Source: Eledone cirrhosa
Lineage: Eukaryota
Direction: 5' to 3'
Length of the DNA stretch: 64,000 bases
NCBI GenBank assembly: GCA_964016885.1
Contig: OZ024741.1
Coordinates: 238,390,001-238,454,000, forward strand
The notes under the pieces are model-generated. The model was not told the origin of the DNA. It searched no databases and saw nothing but the letters and a program-made list of their open reading frames with translations. Below are positions 51,065 to 64,000 of this stretch, in pieces (position 1 is the stretch's first letter; each line of letters starts with the position of its first letter). A program made the position numbers and the translations under genes.

Positions 51065-52165
51065 TCAATGGAACTGGGGTAATTTGGGGTCAATGATCCC
51101 AAAAGAATCATCGTGCATAGAGCCGACCAGATCTACCAGTGCCCTCCACTTCTGGCAGTCCCATGCCAGCCTTTCTGCATCCTCCAAGTTGATGTTGAGC
51201 CGCTGGAAATCTTACTTATTCACATCCCTCAATCTGGTGCAGGGCCTGCCATAGGGTCTCTTCCAGCCTGTAGTTGTTGAACATGAGTAAGGCCCTGGTA
51301 GGATGATCTGGTGGAAAGCATGGGGCATGTCCAAACCAGTGCATGTGGTGGATGTTTATGAGGTGGGACGTTGCAGGCTGATCTGTGTATGCAACTCTTT
51401 GTTGGAAATGCTGTCATACCATCTGTTGTTCTTGATAGTCCTCAAAGCCATCAATCCTCTTTGCCAGGGTTTTTGTGAAGGGCCATTCTTCTGCTTCATA
51501 GTGGAGAATGGATAGGACCTACGCATTGTAGATATAGCTTCATCTTCCAGGAGATAGAGCAGTAGCACTAAAGGGGCTTCCATAGGGAGTGCATGGCTCC
51601 AGCGGCCTAGCCACATCTGCTGTTGATCTTCATGGTCAGGTCACCATTGATGGTGACTCGTGAGCCTAGGTAAATGAAGGTGCTGACAAACTACACAATA
51701 TAAGGGTCAATATAAAGTGGCATTGTATCTAGGCCATTGCTGACATGCATCAGCTTGTTCTTTTCCCAGCTCGCTTGATGGCCAAGCTCTGCTGATTCCT
51801 CCCAGCATAGGGTCATTGTGACTCAGCTGATCAATCGTGATGATGAATAGGGTGATGTCATCTGTGTACTCCAGGTTGGTAAGGTGATGGTTCCCAAAGG
51901 TAATGCCAGAAACTCATTCATGTTCATCAGATAGTCAATGACACATTTGAAGATGTCAGGGCAGCCCTGGCTGATCTCACTGTTGATGGGGAATCAGTCA
52001 GTCCTTTCTGTTCACCTGCATGCAGGTCTTGGCACAGTTATAGATCCGTTAGAACAAGGTGGTGATCTTCGGAGACACATCAATGAGCAGAATTTTCCAG
52101 TGTTATGCATGGTTGATGAGGGCAGAGATCTCTGTGAAACTCCCAAGATCTTTCCATAATGAGAT
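51065..52165 (-). mobile_element. Old RTE-type LINE fragment (g5 copy)
   Basis: Paralog of 33370-34470. Confidence 0.8.
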
Positions 52166-52903
52166 GGAGAACAGGAATGTGGTCCATAAAACGAGGGACA
52201 GAATTTAAACAAATGCCTTTCAAATGAAGATTTTTATTTAACTCTATTTGAACATATAGAAACCTGAAGTTATTTATACTTCAGGGCAAAATGAAAGTGA
52301 CTGAAACAATATCGTCATCATTTTATGTTCTCTTTTTCATGATTACATGGTTATAAATATAAAATTATATTGAATTGAATTCTAAGCAAATGCAAATGAG
52401 TTTCATTTATATTATAAGAAGCAGAGTGAAGTTAATTGATTCATAGAGTATTTAACAATATATATGCAGTGTAATATAATTATTCTGTATCTTGATATTT
52501 TCAATCATATACAAGCAGTCCTGATATCATCTATAATTAAGACACAATTTAAATGAAGAGAAATAATTATATTTCTAATGTTCCCTGTTTAACCTGAGTA
52601 GTAGAAATATATTTAATAGTATATACGAATTATAGCCATGTATATGGAATTATGTTATTAAATACAATAGATTGACAGATCAGTATTTCCATAATGGTCA
52701 CTGTCAAAAATATCTTTCTTCCCAAAGTAACTACACTACTACAGTAGTAATTGCTCTGGTAAATGGCTACATCATTCTTTGGCTATGTATTATATAGTAT
52801 TATCATGAAATACTGTTATATTTATTATCTATTTCTCATATCTTCATGTTAAATATATTTTCCCAGAACATCTAATGTAAAATGTCAATATAAAGAGACT
52901 TAC

Positions 52904-53050
52904 CTATAATGTTTAATCCTTTGTTTGTGTCTCTTACAGAAGACATTTATTCTGACGTAGTGTTCCAGTGTAACTGCTGCTGTAGTAGTGTGACAATGGC
53001 AGTATCTTGATGATGTAGATTTGTGAGTCATAGTGGGAGCCAACTACACT
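52904..53050 (-). promoter_or_regulatory. Conserved putative promoter / first exon of g5
   Basis: Same block, GTAAGT donor. Confidence 0.68.
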
Positions 53051-53881
53051 TTGGATGATCTTATTTATCTGTACATATTGTATTTATTAAATTTAATTTA
53101 TTTTACCCAATGTTTAAAATATTAAATAATGAATTTTGCAATAAATATTTCTGATTTATACTAAACTACATTAAAATATTTATAAGTGATATTCATTCCT
53201 TGTACACGGGATGTTTACAGCACACTAATGTGTACACAAATTCACTGAGTGTTATATGTAAAACATTATTTTCTAACCTCACTGATAATTTCATAAGACT
53301 TATTGCAGAGGATTAATCTATAAAATATTTACTAACGTTATAAATTATATATATTTTTTTACAATATCTTCTGTTACTTTATTATTTTTTCATAATATAA
53401 ATAATAATATGAAAAATCAATGTGTTTTTAAAATGTTAATATTATTATCATTATCACCATAGTAGAAATGGTAAATAGTTGGAATAGTGTTCTTCATATA
53501 ATCTTCAGATGCCAGATTATATGGGGCTAAATGTCCCTTTCTTCCATCTAGTATTGATACTAATGATATATGAACAAGAATTCCATATATTATACCCATA
53601 TTTCTGAAGATTTTTGCCCAATGTATGATAAAAATAAAGCAATGAGGTTATTTTTGGAATACTCTAAAATCATGTCATTTAATTCTTTCTTTCTCAAGAT
53701 GTAACAAACATATTTCCAAATACATATTCTTCAGTATTACTTTGAATTAATAAGTTGTGTGTGCTAATTAATGGAATTTCATTTTAAAACAGAAGCAATG
53801 TTCTAATTTTATTGAAGTATTTATGTTAAAAATAAAATAATCTCCAAGCAGGATAATTGCAGTTGTGTTAACTTGAACTTA

Positions 53882-53970
53882 CTATTTTTTATATATTGGT
53901 TCTAAATATGTATCTTGTTCATGTTCACCTTTTGGTGTTGGTGGGATATTTGGTGTGTAGTTACTGTATT
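53882..53970 (-). CDS. PCDH: Protocadherin g6 terminal coding exon
   Basis: 89 nt, intact. Confidence 0.72.
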
Positions 53971-54539
53971 CTGGAAAATAGATAAATACATAAATAGTAT
54001 TAGAAGGGAAAGTTATCTTTATATGTATGGAAAAATATTCTTTTCTAAATGAAGCAACTATTATCATATTCATTTTTATGATAATAATGAAAATTATTGT
54101 GTACAGTGCTCAGGTGCACTACAACTCATCAAAGGTGCATGTATATTACATAGAATAATGTACAAATGCCAGGAAAGTGACTAGTATATGAGTCATAATA
54201 CACACACATGCATGTGTATAGAGGGGGAATATCAGGTGTGGTGTTGGTGAATTTCAGAAAGCATGGGAGATTTGAATGATGCAGTGTCCCGACAGCTAAC
54301 ACCTGATACAGGTAATTTGTTCTGTGCATTATATATATGAGCATTTTGTTTCTTCTTTCAATTTTACATGACTTTTACCTGATTATATTAATAAACATCT
54401 TTTTAAATATTTCATAAAATATTATATAAATATTGTATAAAATACATTAATTACTCTTATATTAGTTAAATATGGTTTAATGATATAATATGTTACAATT
54501 GTGCCAGTGAATTAATAAAAAATGAATATCCACTATTAC

Positions 54540-54687
54540 CTGATGTTTGATGTGTAATATCTCCTTCACTCAAACCCCGTTTATGTTCTCTTTGAGATGG
54601 TAATGTATCACTTAAGTTGTTTGATGTCACAATACTGCTGCTATCACCTTGCTCACAAGACCCATCTGAAATCTGCTTATTGTATAT
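54540..54687 (-). CDS. PCDH: Protocadherin g6 cytoplasmic exon
   Basis: 148 nt, intact. Confidence 0.78.
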
Positions 54688-55228
54688 CTGTTATGAAACA
54701 ACAAAGATTTCAATGCACATTTGAAAGATGAAAGTACATACTATAACTATATATTTTTACATCTTTGCAGAAAAATAATAATTCTTTTTACTGTATCAGA
54801 ATGTTAAGGAGATTTGAGGAAAGTATTTTTAATTTCAACTATCAGCTTTGAAAATAGTAAATATCATATGACTGGTGTTGTATACTTAATCAGAACATCT
54901 GTTATTGTTTTGAGAATCTCTGATATTTAATATATCAAATTGGTTTATGAGATATATCGATCTCTGAAATCAGGATATGAATATATTTGAAATAAATTTT
55001 ACTGTTATTATAATTTTTGTTATCAGAATTTTCAATATTTACTATAACAAATAGTTTCTTATATATAATTCCTTCTTAAAATAAGATATGAATACACTGA
55101 GAATAAATTTTACTGTTATTATTCAAAGTCGTAGGAAAATATATGAAGAAAATTAAATATGATTGTATATAATTAAATGTAAATACATTAAAAATAATAT
55201 TTAAGAGGTGGATTTACTGCATAGTTAC

Positions 55229-57630
55229 CTGTGGAACAGGTGGAAGTCTTCTGGGTGTTGTTGAAAATTTCCATTCATTAGTTAACTGCTCCATCTCTGG
55301 ATAATATGGACTTTTAGGGTTTATTGACTGAAGATTTCTAGCAAATATATCGTCTGCATTTCTGGTTATTGCAACAGGATTGTTAGTGTGATACAGTATT
55401 TGTCTCATCTCAGTCGGAGATAGGAATTTTGGATTATCTATTGTTGTAGGTGAGTTATTGGTGTGATTAATACATCTGAAAACACACAGTGTTATTGACA
55501 CTACAATAGCCACAGATATTATTACAGCTGCTGCTACAATGATAATTACCCAAGTCATATTGAGGTTGTTACCAGTCTGTAAGTGGACAGAAGTCAACAT
55601 TGGAGATGTATCATTACTAACAAACAGTGTTAGTATGATAGCAGTTGTTACTGATTGAACTGGAGTACCACCATCTTTCACTATAAACTGTAGGTCATAT
55701 GTTCCTGCATCATTTTGGTAAACTGTCCGAGAGAAAGATAAGACACCAGTGTGGGAGTTGACTGTAAACAGGTTTTTATCATTAGATCTCAGTATTCCAT
55801 ATGTGAGAAAAGCATTGTTTCCAGTGTCTTTGTCAGAGGCTTTCAGAATTGTGATGTCTTTCTTACTGTGTGGATCATAGTGGACATCTAGATTGTAAGG
55901 GTCATTAATAGGAAAGGTAAAATAGGGTGCATTATCATTTTTATCTAGAATCTCAATAACAATATTGGCAGTGTTATTCAGAGAAGGTGTTCCATTATCT
56001 TTGACTAAAACCTGGAATTTATAGATGTCTTTCACTTCCCGATCTATTGATTGTGATGTAGAAATAAATCCATTTTTTGTAAGTTGGAAAGGAATGTTAT
56101 CATTGTTGTTATCATTGATGATAGAATATGTAAGCTGACCCCCATTATCAAGATCAGGGTCTGTAGCATTGATGAAGCCAATAGGGAAGTCAACTTTCTG
56201 GTTTTCATAGGTGAGGAATTGGAATGTATCTTTGGTAAAATATGGCTGTACATCATTGACATCAGTTACTTTGACAGAGAATTGTTTCTTAGTCTTTAAC
56301 TGAGGTGATCCCATGTCATGACATACAATAGATACAACATAGTGATCTATAGTTTCCCTATCAAGAGGTTCTTTCACCAATATTTTATATAATCCTTGGA
56401 ACCCATATTAGAAAGTTGAAACATCTTATGTTGAATATTACACTTAATTTGTCCATTAGGTCCACTATCTGTGTCAATGACCATAACATAAGCTATAAAA
56501 CTTCCAAATTTACTTGCTTCCGAAATAGCAGTAGAGGTCTCAGTTAAAGGAGTTAAAAAATCTATATTTATAGTTGGGGCATTATTTTGAATGCTAACTA
56601 CATTAATAATTAACACTGCTTTAGAACTTAATGAAGGAATTCCCCCATCTCTAGCTTCAACATACAATTGGTATTTGCTTTCTTTATTTCTAAAGAAATC
56701 TTCATTAGTGAAAATTTCTCCAGATTTGGAATTTAATTTGAAATATTTTCTGGCATATTTATTTGTATTTCTGTGTAAATAGTAGGTGATATTTCCATTT
56801 TGACCAGAATCTAAATCTGTAGCTGATAAAACAAACACAGGAGAAGATATATGATGTGTATCACTGATAGTTGTATTATATATTTTTTCAGTTAATATTG
56901 GTCTGTTATCATTTACATCAATAACAGATATTTCTATGTTTAGAAAACCTACTTTTTGTGGTGAACCTCCATCTTTAGCCACTAACTGTAACATATAAGT
57001 GTCTTTTAATTCCCTGTCTAACACTCCTTGTAGAGTAATTTTAAGTATATTCATTCCATCAGTTTCTTTAAATATGGTCAGTGAGAATTTCTTACTTTTA
57101 TCATTAAGTTTATATGTGATGTTAGAATTGAGAACACTAATGTCTTTATCAACAGCATTTGGTATTGATTTTGTTGAGCCTTTTCCATCTGTTTCATCAA
57201 ACTGTAATTGTATTTGTTTTTGTGGAAACTCTGGCTGATGGTCATTAATATCTTCTATGAATATTTTAATCTTTAATATCTTTATAGATGTTTCTGATAT
57301 TCTCACTGCAACTTTAATAATTCTGGAACATCCTTTGTTATATGTACACAGAGACTCAGCATCCAGTGTCTGTGTAGTGTATAGTTTTCCTGTGTTGGTG
57401 ACATTGAATAAGTGAGAACCACTTGACACTGTCCTTTGTAGTTGTGTAAATGTAATGAGACTGTGTTGTTGATGTGTAAGGGAGTGTGTTAAGTTGGAAT
57501 CAACAGTAATGTCTCCTATATAGGTGCGAGGACTGTCTTCTTCATTGACATGATAAATAAGATCTAAGGACACAACAGAATACATGAATCCGAAGAGAAG
57601 ATAAATCGGTAGAGTGCTGATTATAACCAT
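55229..57630 (-). pseudogene. PCDH: Protocadherin g6 large exon with a +2 frameshift in EC4
   Basis: Split into ORFs 56374-57630 and 55214-56380. tattttatatAAtccttgg versus tattttatattccttgg in g3; the extra bases are near 56391-56392. Confidence 0.82.
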
Positions 57631-59574
57631 TGTTGTAATTCATTATTTATTGTATTTCATAAACCAATATATCTAGAAAAAAATAATGAAACATGTTAAC
57701 TTAATTATACAATAATATATACAAATTTTTCTGAGTCGAATATATAACATGTCATATTTACAATACTATATATTGAATAATACTTTAAAACTGGATTTAG
57801 TTAATAAAAAGATTGAACTTCATTTTTGCTGTTTAGCTAGGAAGTGAAAGACTATACCCATGACCCATACTGGGCCTCTGATTTGCAGGAAGGCATTCAA
57901 AAGTTATGCTCAGTTTCGTGACCTGATTTGAATGCTTGCAGTAGAGAGGACTAAATGCACTCAAAGAGCAGGTTCGTTGAGTTAAACTTGGTGAAAAATT
58001 GACACAGCTAACCAAATAATCACAACTGTTTTAAACTCAGAATATAACTAAAGACTTAGCATCTTTTTTGAGTGATTTAGGATCTTAAATGATTTTATTG
58101 AGCATTTCACCTATTTTGAGTATATCTATCGACCTATGTGTCTCCCATTTCTAGATAAACATAATACTGACAAGTATATTTCCTGTGGGACGATATATTC
58201 CTGTAAAAATTATTCAGAAGTAACCACTAGCTCTACAGAATTGCATTTTTGCAATCTTCCATCTTGAGACGATAGAGTTATCTGCCCCTCCCAATGTTAA
58301 ATATTTGCTACTACAATTTCTTTGTGAGTGGTACATATATAGAAAAGCTTATATGTAAGATGGAAAAAGACATTTGTTCTATTCTGTATTTTATTGTAGT
58401 ATTTACTTTGGCTTCTAACTAATGCACCTCCACAATATGCTATCATTACGTGAAATTGTTAATTTTATTATAATAGAGTGGGCATCGAACATTTTCTGTT
58501 GAAAATTAGCATTGTAAAACTCTATAGAAATGAATTCTGATTTAAAATTATAAATTATATAATCAATAAATATATGTCTACGATCATGATGCTAAGTTCT
58601 TGAGCAGAGCTGATCAGTGTTGGTTACCAAAAGATATAAAACAAAGATAATCATGCCCAAATATGTGAAACATCAGTCTGTTCTGGTAAAATGTTATATT
58701 ATATACATTATAGTATCTCTTTGAGGAACAAAGTGAAATTCAGAACACGTTTCTTCTAGATTGTTATCTAGTCTGACGTTTTCTGCTTGAACCCTGTAAT
58801 ATTGTGTTCATAATGATAGTGGAGGAAAGTCAGTTACTGGAAAATAGATTTCTTTATAATTTACAATTGATATCGAAACAGAGATTGAATGTAACATGTC
58901 TGTTAATTATTGTGCTTATTTTCTTTTATATGTGCAGGTTTTTGTTATTTTGTAATGGGTAGGAGTGTTACTATTTCTGGGTTAACATAATAATATTGTT
59001 CTTGCTTGATATTTATTTTTCTGGTTGTTTGTATGTTTTAACATATAAACATGTGGTGTGTGTTTGTTGTATCGGATTGTTGATGAAACATATTCCCCAT
59101 ATGTTTCAGTGAACTTTTTAGTTTAAATGTTTCTGTACGTTATCTTTCTTAATAACATTTGGTAATATGAAGTGTGTTATTTGTAACATTTATTGTTACA
59201 ATAAATGTTTTTAGGCAGGACTGACATAGTTATTGATGGATGTTTATAATTGATTGGGAACTGTGTGTTTATTTAAATAAAATGTTGACTGAATATTGGT
59301 CAGTTTTGTGTATATTGTGTATTTATTGATCATTACAATTAGGTTTTCATGTTCACTATATCTACCTAAGCTTAGTGGAATTTCACAAATAAAAAAATAA
59401 AAATTCTTAAGCTTTACAATATATAGTTTTGTGTTTACAAATCAAATTTGTCCGGGCCCAACTAAGTAGCAGTAATGCAACAGTACTAACTGATTATTTA
59501 ATATCTCTTGTGATTCATAATTATTATAAAAAAGTGATCAATATATATACTCTTCTTCTTTTCTGCTCTTGCTC

Positions 59575-60672
59575 AATGGAACTGGGGTCATTTTAGGTCA
59601 AAGATCCCAAAAGTATCATTGTGCATAGAGCCGACCAGATATACCAGTACCCTCCACGTCTGGCAGTCCCATGCCAGCCTTTCTGCATCCTCCAAGTTGA
59701 TGTTGAGCCACTGGAAATCTTACTTATTCGCATCCCTCGATCTGGTGCAGGGCCTGCCATAGGGTCTCTTCCAGCCTGTAGTTGTTGAACATGAGTAAGG
59801 CTCTGGTAGGATGATCTGGTGGGAAGCATGGAGCATGTCCCAACCAGTGCATGTGGTGGATGTTTATGAGGTGGGACGTTGCAGGCTGATCTGTGTATGC
59901 ATGCAACTCTTTGTTGGAAATGTCATGGTAACATCTGTTGTTCTTGATAGTACTCAAAGCCATCAATCTTTTTTGTGAAGGGCCATTCTTCTGCTTCATA
60001 GTGGAGAATGGATAGGACCTATGCATTGTAGATATAGCTTCATCTTCCAGGAGATAGAGCAGTAGCACTAAAGGGGCTTCCATAGGGAGTGCATGACTCC
60101 AGCGGCCTAACCACATCTGCTTTTGATCTTCATGGTCAGGTCACCATTGATGGTGACTCTTGAGCCTAGGTAAATGAAGGAGCTGACAAACTACACAATA
60201 TAAGGGTCAATATAAAGTGGCATTGGATCTGGGCCATTGCTGACATGCATCAGCTTGTTCTTTTCCCAGCTCGCTTGATGGCCAAGCTCTGCTGATTCCT
60301 CCCGGCATAGGGTCATTGTGACTCTCAGCTGATCAATCGTGATGATGAATAGGGTGATGTCATCTGTGTACTCCAGGTTGGTAAGGTGATGGTTCCCAAA
60401 GGTAATGCCAGAAACTCATTCACAGCTCATGGTCATCAGGTAGTCAATGACACATTTGAAGATGTCAGGGCAGCCCTGGCTGATCTCACTGTTGATAGGG
60501 AATCACTCAGTCCTTCTTGTTCACCTGCATGCAGGTCTTGGCACAGTTATAGATCCGTTAGAACAAGGTGGTGATCTTCGGAGACACATCAATGAGCAGA
60601 ATTTTCCAGTGGTATGCATGGTTGATGAGGGCAGAGATCTCTGTGAAACTCCCAAGATCTTTCAATAATGAG
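59575..60672 (-). mobile_element. Old RTE-type LINE fragment (g6 copy)
   Basis: Paralog of 33370-34470. Confidence 0.8.
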
Positions 60673-61412
60673 ATGGAGAACAGGAATGTGGCCCATAAAA
60701 CGAGGGACAGAATTTAAACAAATGCCTTTCAAATGAAGATTTTTATTTAACTCTATTTGAACATATAGAAACCTGAAGTTATTTATACTTCAGGGCAAAA
60801 TGAAAGTGACTGAAACAATATCGTCATCATTTTATGTTCTCTTTTTCATGATTACATGGTTATAAATATAAAATTATATTGAATTGAATTTTAAGCAAAT
60901 GCAAATGAGTTTCATTTATATTATAAGAAGCAGAGTGAAGTTAATTGATTCATAGAGTATTTAACAATATATATGCAGTGTAATATAATTATTCTGTATC
61001 TTGATATTCTCAATCATATACAAGCAGTCCTGATATCATCTATAATTAAGACACAATTTAAATGAAGAGAAATAATTATATATCTAATGTTCCCTGTTTA
61101 ACCCGAGTAGTAGAAATATATTTAATAGTATATACGAATTATAGCCATGTATATGGAATTATGTTATTAAATACAATAGATTGACAGATCAGTATTTCCA
61201 TAATGGTCACTGTCAAAAATATCTTTCTTCCCAAAGTAACTACACTACTACAGTAGTAATTGCTCTGGTAAATGGCTACATCATTCTTTGGCTATGTATT
61301 ATATAGTATTATCATGAAATACTGTTATATTTATTATCTATATCTCATATCTTCATGTTAAATATATATTCCCAGAACATCTAATGTAAAATGTCAATAT
61401 AAAGAGACTTAC

Positions 61413-61559
61413 CTATATTGTTTAATCCTTTGTTTGTGTCTCTTACAGAAGACATTTATTCTGACGTAGTGTTCCAGTGTAACTGCTGCTGTAGTAGTGT
61501 GACAATGGCAGTATCTTGATGATGTAGATTTGTGAGTCATAGTGGGAGCCAACTACACT
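61413..61559 (-). promoter_or_regulatory. Conserved putative promoter / first exon of g6
   Basis: Same block, GTAAGT donor. Confidence 0.68.
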
Positions 61560-62354
61560 TTGGATGATCTTATTTATCTGTACATATTGTATTTATTAAA
61601 TTTAATTTATTTTACCCAATGTTTAAAATATTAAATAATGAATTTTGCAATAAATATTTCTGATTTATACTAAACTACATTAAAATATTTATAAGTGATA
61701 TTCATTCCTTGTACACGGGATGTTTACAGCACACTAATGTGTACACAAATTCACTGAGTGTTATATGTAAAACATTATTTTCTAACCTCACTGATAATTT
61801 CATAAGACTTATTGCAGAAGATTAATCTATAAAATATTTACTAACGTTATAAATTATATATATTTTTTTACAATATCTTCTGTTACTTTATTACTTTTTC
61901 ATAATATAAATAATAATATGAAAAATCAATGTGTTTTTAAAATGTTAATATTATTATCATTATCACCATAGTAGAAATTGTAAATAGTTGGAATAGTGTT
62001 CTTCATATAATCTTCAGATGCCAGATTATATGGGGCTAAATGTCCTTTTCTTCCATCTAGTATTGATACTAATGATATATGAACAAGAATTCCATATATT
62101 ATACCCATATTTCTGAAGCCTTTTGCCCAATGTATGATAAATCATGTCATTTATTTCTTTCTTTCTCAAGATATAACGAACATATTTCCAAATATATATT
62201 CTTCGATATTACTTTGAATTAATAAGTTGTGTGTGCTAATTAATGGAATTTCATTTTAAAACAGAAGTAATGTTCTAATTTTATTGAAGTATTTATGTTA
62301 AAAATAAAATAATCTCCAAGCCAGGATAATTGCAGTTGTGTTAACTTGAGCTTA

Positions 62355-62443
62355 CTATTTTTTATATATTGGTTCTAAATATGTATCTTGTTCATGTTCA
62401 CCTTTTGGTGTTGGTGGGATATTTGGTGTGTAGTTACTGTATT
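62355..62443 (-). CDS. PCDH: Protocadherin g7 terminal coding exon
   Basis: 89 nt, conserved. Confidence 0.8.
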
Positions 62444-63027
62444 CTGGAAAATAGATAAATACATTATAAATAGTATTAGAAGGGAAAGTTATCTTTATAT
62501 GTATGGAAAAATATTCTTTTCTAAATGAAGCAACTATTATCATATTCATTTTTATGATAATAATGAAAATTATTGTGTACAGTTCTCAGGTGCACTACAA
62601 CTAATCAAAGGTGCATGTATACTACATAGAATAATGTACAAATGCCAGGAAAGTGAATAGTGTTTGAGTCATGATACATACACATGCATGCATGTGTATG
62701 GAGGTGGAATATCAGGTGTGGTGTTGGTGAATTTCAGGAAGCATGGGAGATTTGAATAATGCAGTGTCCCAACAGCTAACACCTGATACAGGTAATTTGT
62801 TCTGTGCATTATATATATATATATATGGGCATTTTGTTTCTTCTTTCAATTTTATATGACTTTTACCTGATTATATTAATAAACATCTTTTTAAATATTT
62901 CATAAAATATTATATAAATATTGTATAAAATACATTAATTACTCTTATATTAGTTAAATATGGTTTAATGATATAATATGTTACAATTGTACCAGTGAAT
63001 TAATAAAAAATGAATATCCACTATTAC

Positions 63028-63175
63028 CTGATGTTTGATGTGTAATATCTCCTTCACTCAAACCCTGTTTATGTTCTCTTTGAGATGGTAATGTATCACT
63101 TAAGTTGTTTGATGTCACAATACTGCTGCTATCACCTTGCTCACAAGACCCATCTGAAATCTGCTTATTGTATAT
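63028..63175 (-). CDS. PCDH: Protocadherin g7 cytoplasmic exon
   Basis: 148 nt, canonical boundaries. Confidence 0.88.
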
Positions 63176-63716
63176 CTGTTATGAAACAACAAAGATTTCA
63201 ATGCACATTTGAAAGATGAAAGTACATACTATAACTATATATTTTTACATCTTTGCAGAAAAATAATAATTCTTTTTACTGTATCAGAATGTTAAGGAGA
63301 ATTGAGCAAAGTATTTTTAATTTCAACTATCAGCTTTGAAAATAGTAAATATCATATGACTGGTGTTGTATACCTAATCAGAACATCTGTTATTGTTTTG
63401 AGAATCTCTGATATTTAATATATCAAATTGGTTTATGAGATATATAGATCTCTGAAATCAGGATATGAATATATTTGAAATAAATTTTACTGTTATTATA
63501 ATTTTTGTTATCAGAATTGTCAATATTTACTATAACAAATAGTTTCTTATATATAATTCCTTCTTAAAATCAGATATGAATACACTGAGAATAAATTTTA
63601 CTGTTATTATTCAAAGTCGTAGGAAAATATATGAAGAAAATTAAATATGATTGTATATAATTAAATGTAAATACATGAAAAATAATATTTAAGAGGTGGA
63701 TTTACTGCATAGTTAC

Positions 63717-64000
63717 CTGTGGAACAGGTGGAAGTCTTCTGGGTGTTGTTGAGAATTTCCATTCATTAGTTAACTGCTCCATCTCTGGATAATATGGACT
63801 TTTAGGGTTTATTGACTGAAGATTTCTAGCAAATATATCGTCTGCATTTCTGGTTATTGCAACAGGATTGTTAGTGTGATACAGTATTTGTCTCATCTCA
63901 GTCGGAGATAGGAATTTTGGATTATCTATTGTTGTAGGTGAGTTATTGGTGTGATTAATACATCTGAAAACACACAGTGTTATTGACACTACAATAGCCA
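63717..64000 (-). CDS. PCDH: Protocadherin g7 large exon, 3' end (continues beyond window)
   Basis: TM end and proximal tail identical in protein sequence to g4 and g6. Confidence 0.93.

Larger units (their letters stand above)
30891..64000 (-). repeat. Recent tandem segmental duplication, ~8.5-9.0 kb period (upstream region of g3 through g7)
   Basis: Start codons at 30890, 39922, 48773 and 57630. Introns, intergenic DNA and TE relics align between units. Confidence 0.95.

Overview
AT-rich, intron-containing animal DNA, most likely coleoid cephalopod (octopus-like; inferred from the gene family and repeat types). It holds a head-to-tail array of seven protocadherin genes, all on the minus strand: g1 (start 4479), g2 (23101), g3 (30890), g4 (39922), g5 (48773), g6 (57630, frameshifted) and g7 (only its 3' part is in the window). 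By hand I reconstruct a 4-exon unit: (1) a nearly invariant ~150-bp putative promoter/non-coding first exon ending in AG|GTAAGT; (2) one ~2.4-kb exon encoding signal peptide, six cadherin repeats, TM and proximal tail; (3) a 148-nt cytoplasmic exon; (4) an 89-nt coding terminal exon. All splice phases fit. From about 30.9 kb onward the units are recent ~8.5-9.0 kb tandem duplicates. Protein differences concentrate in EC2-EC3 in a patchwork pattern, while EC5 to the tail is almost identical, which resembles vertebrate clustered protocadherins. Intron 1 of g1 is swollen to ~12.9 kb by nested mobile elements: RTE and CR1-type LINEs, two Helitron-like elements, SINEs, a MITE, a 1.3-kb (TA)n tract and a Penelope/retrozyme-like unit with a minimal hammerhead ribozyme. 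All comparisons were made by eye; no searches were run.
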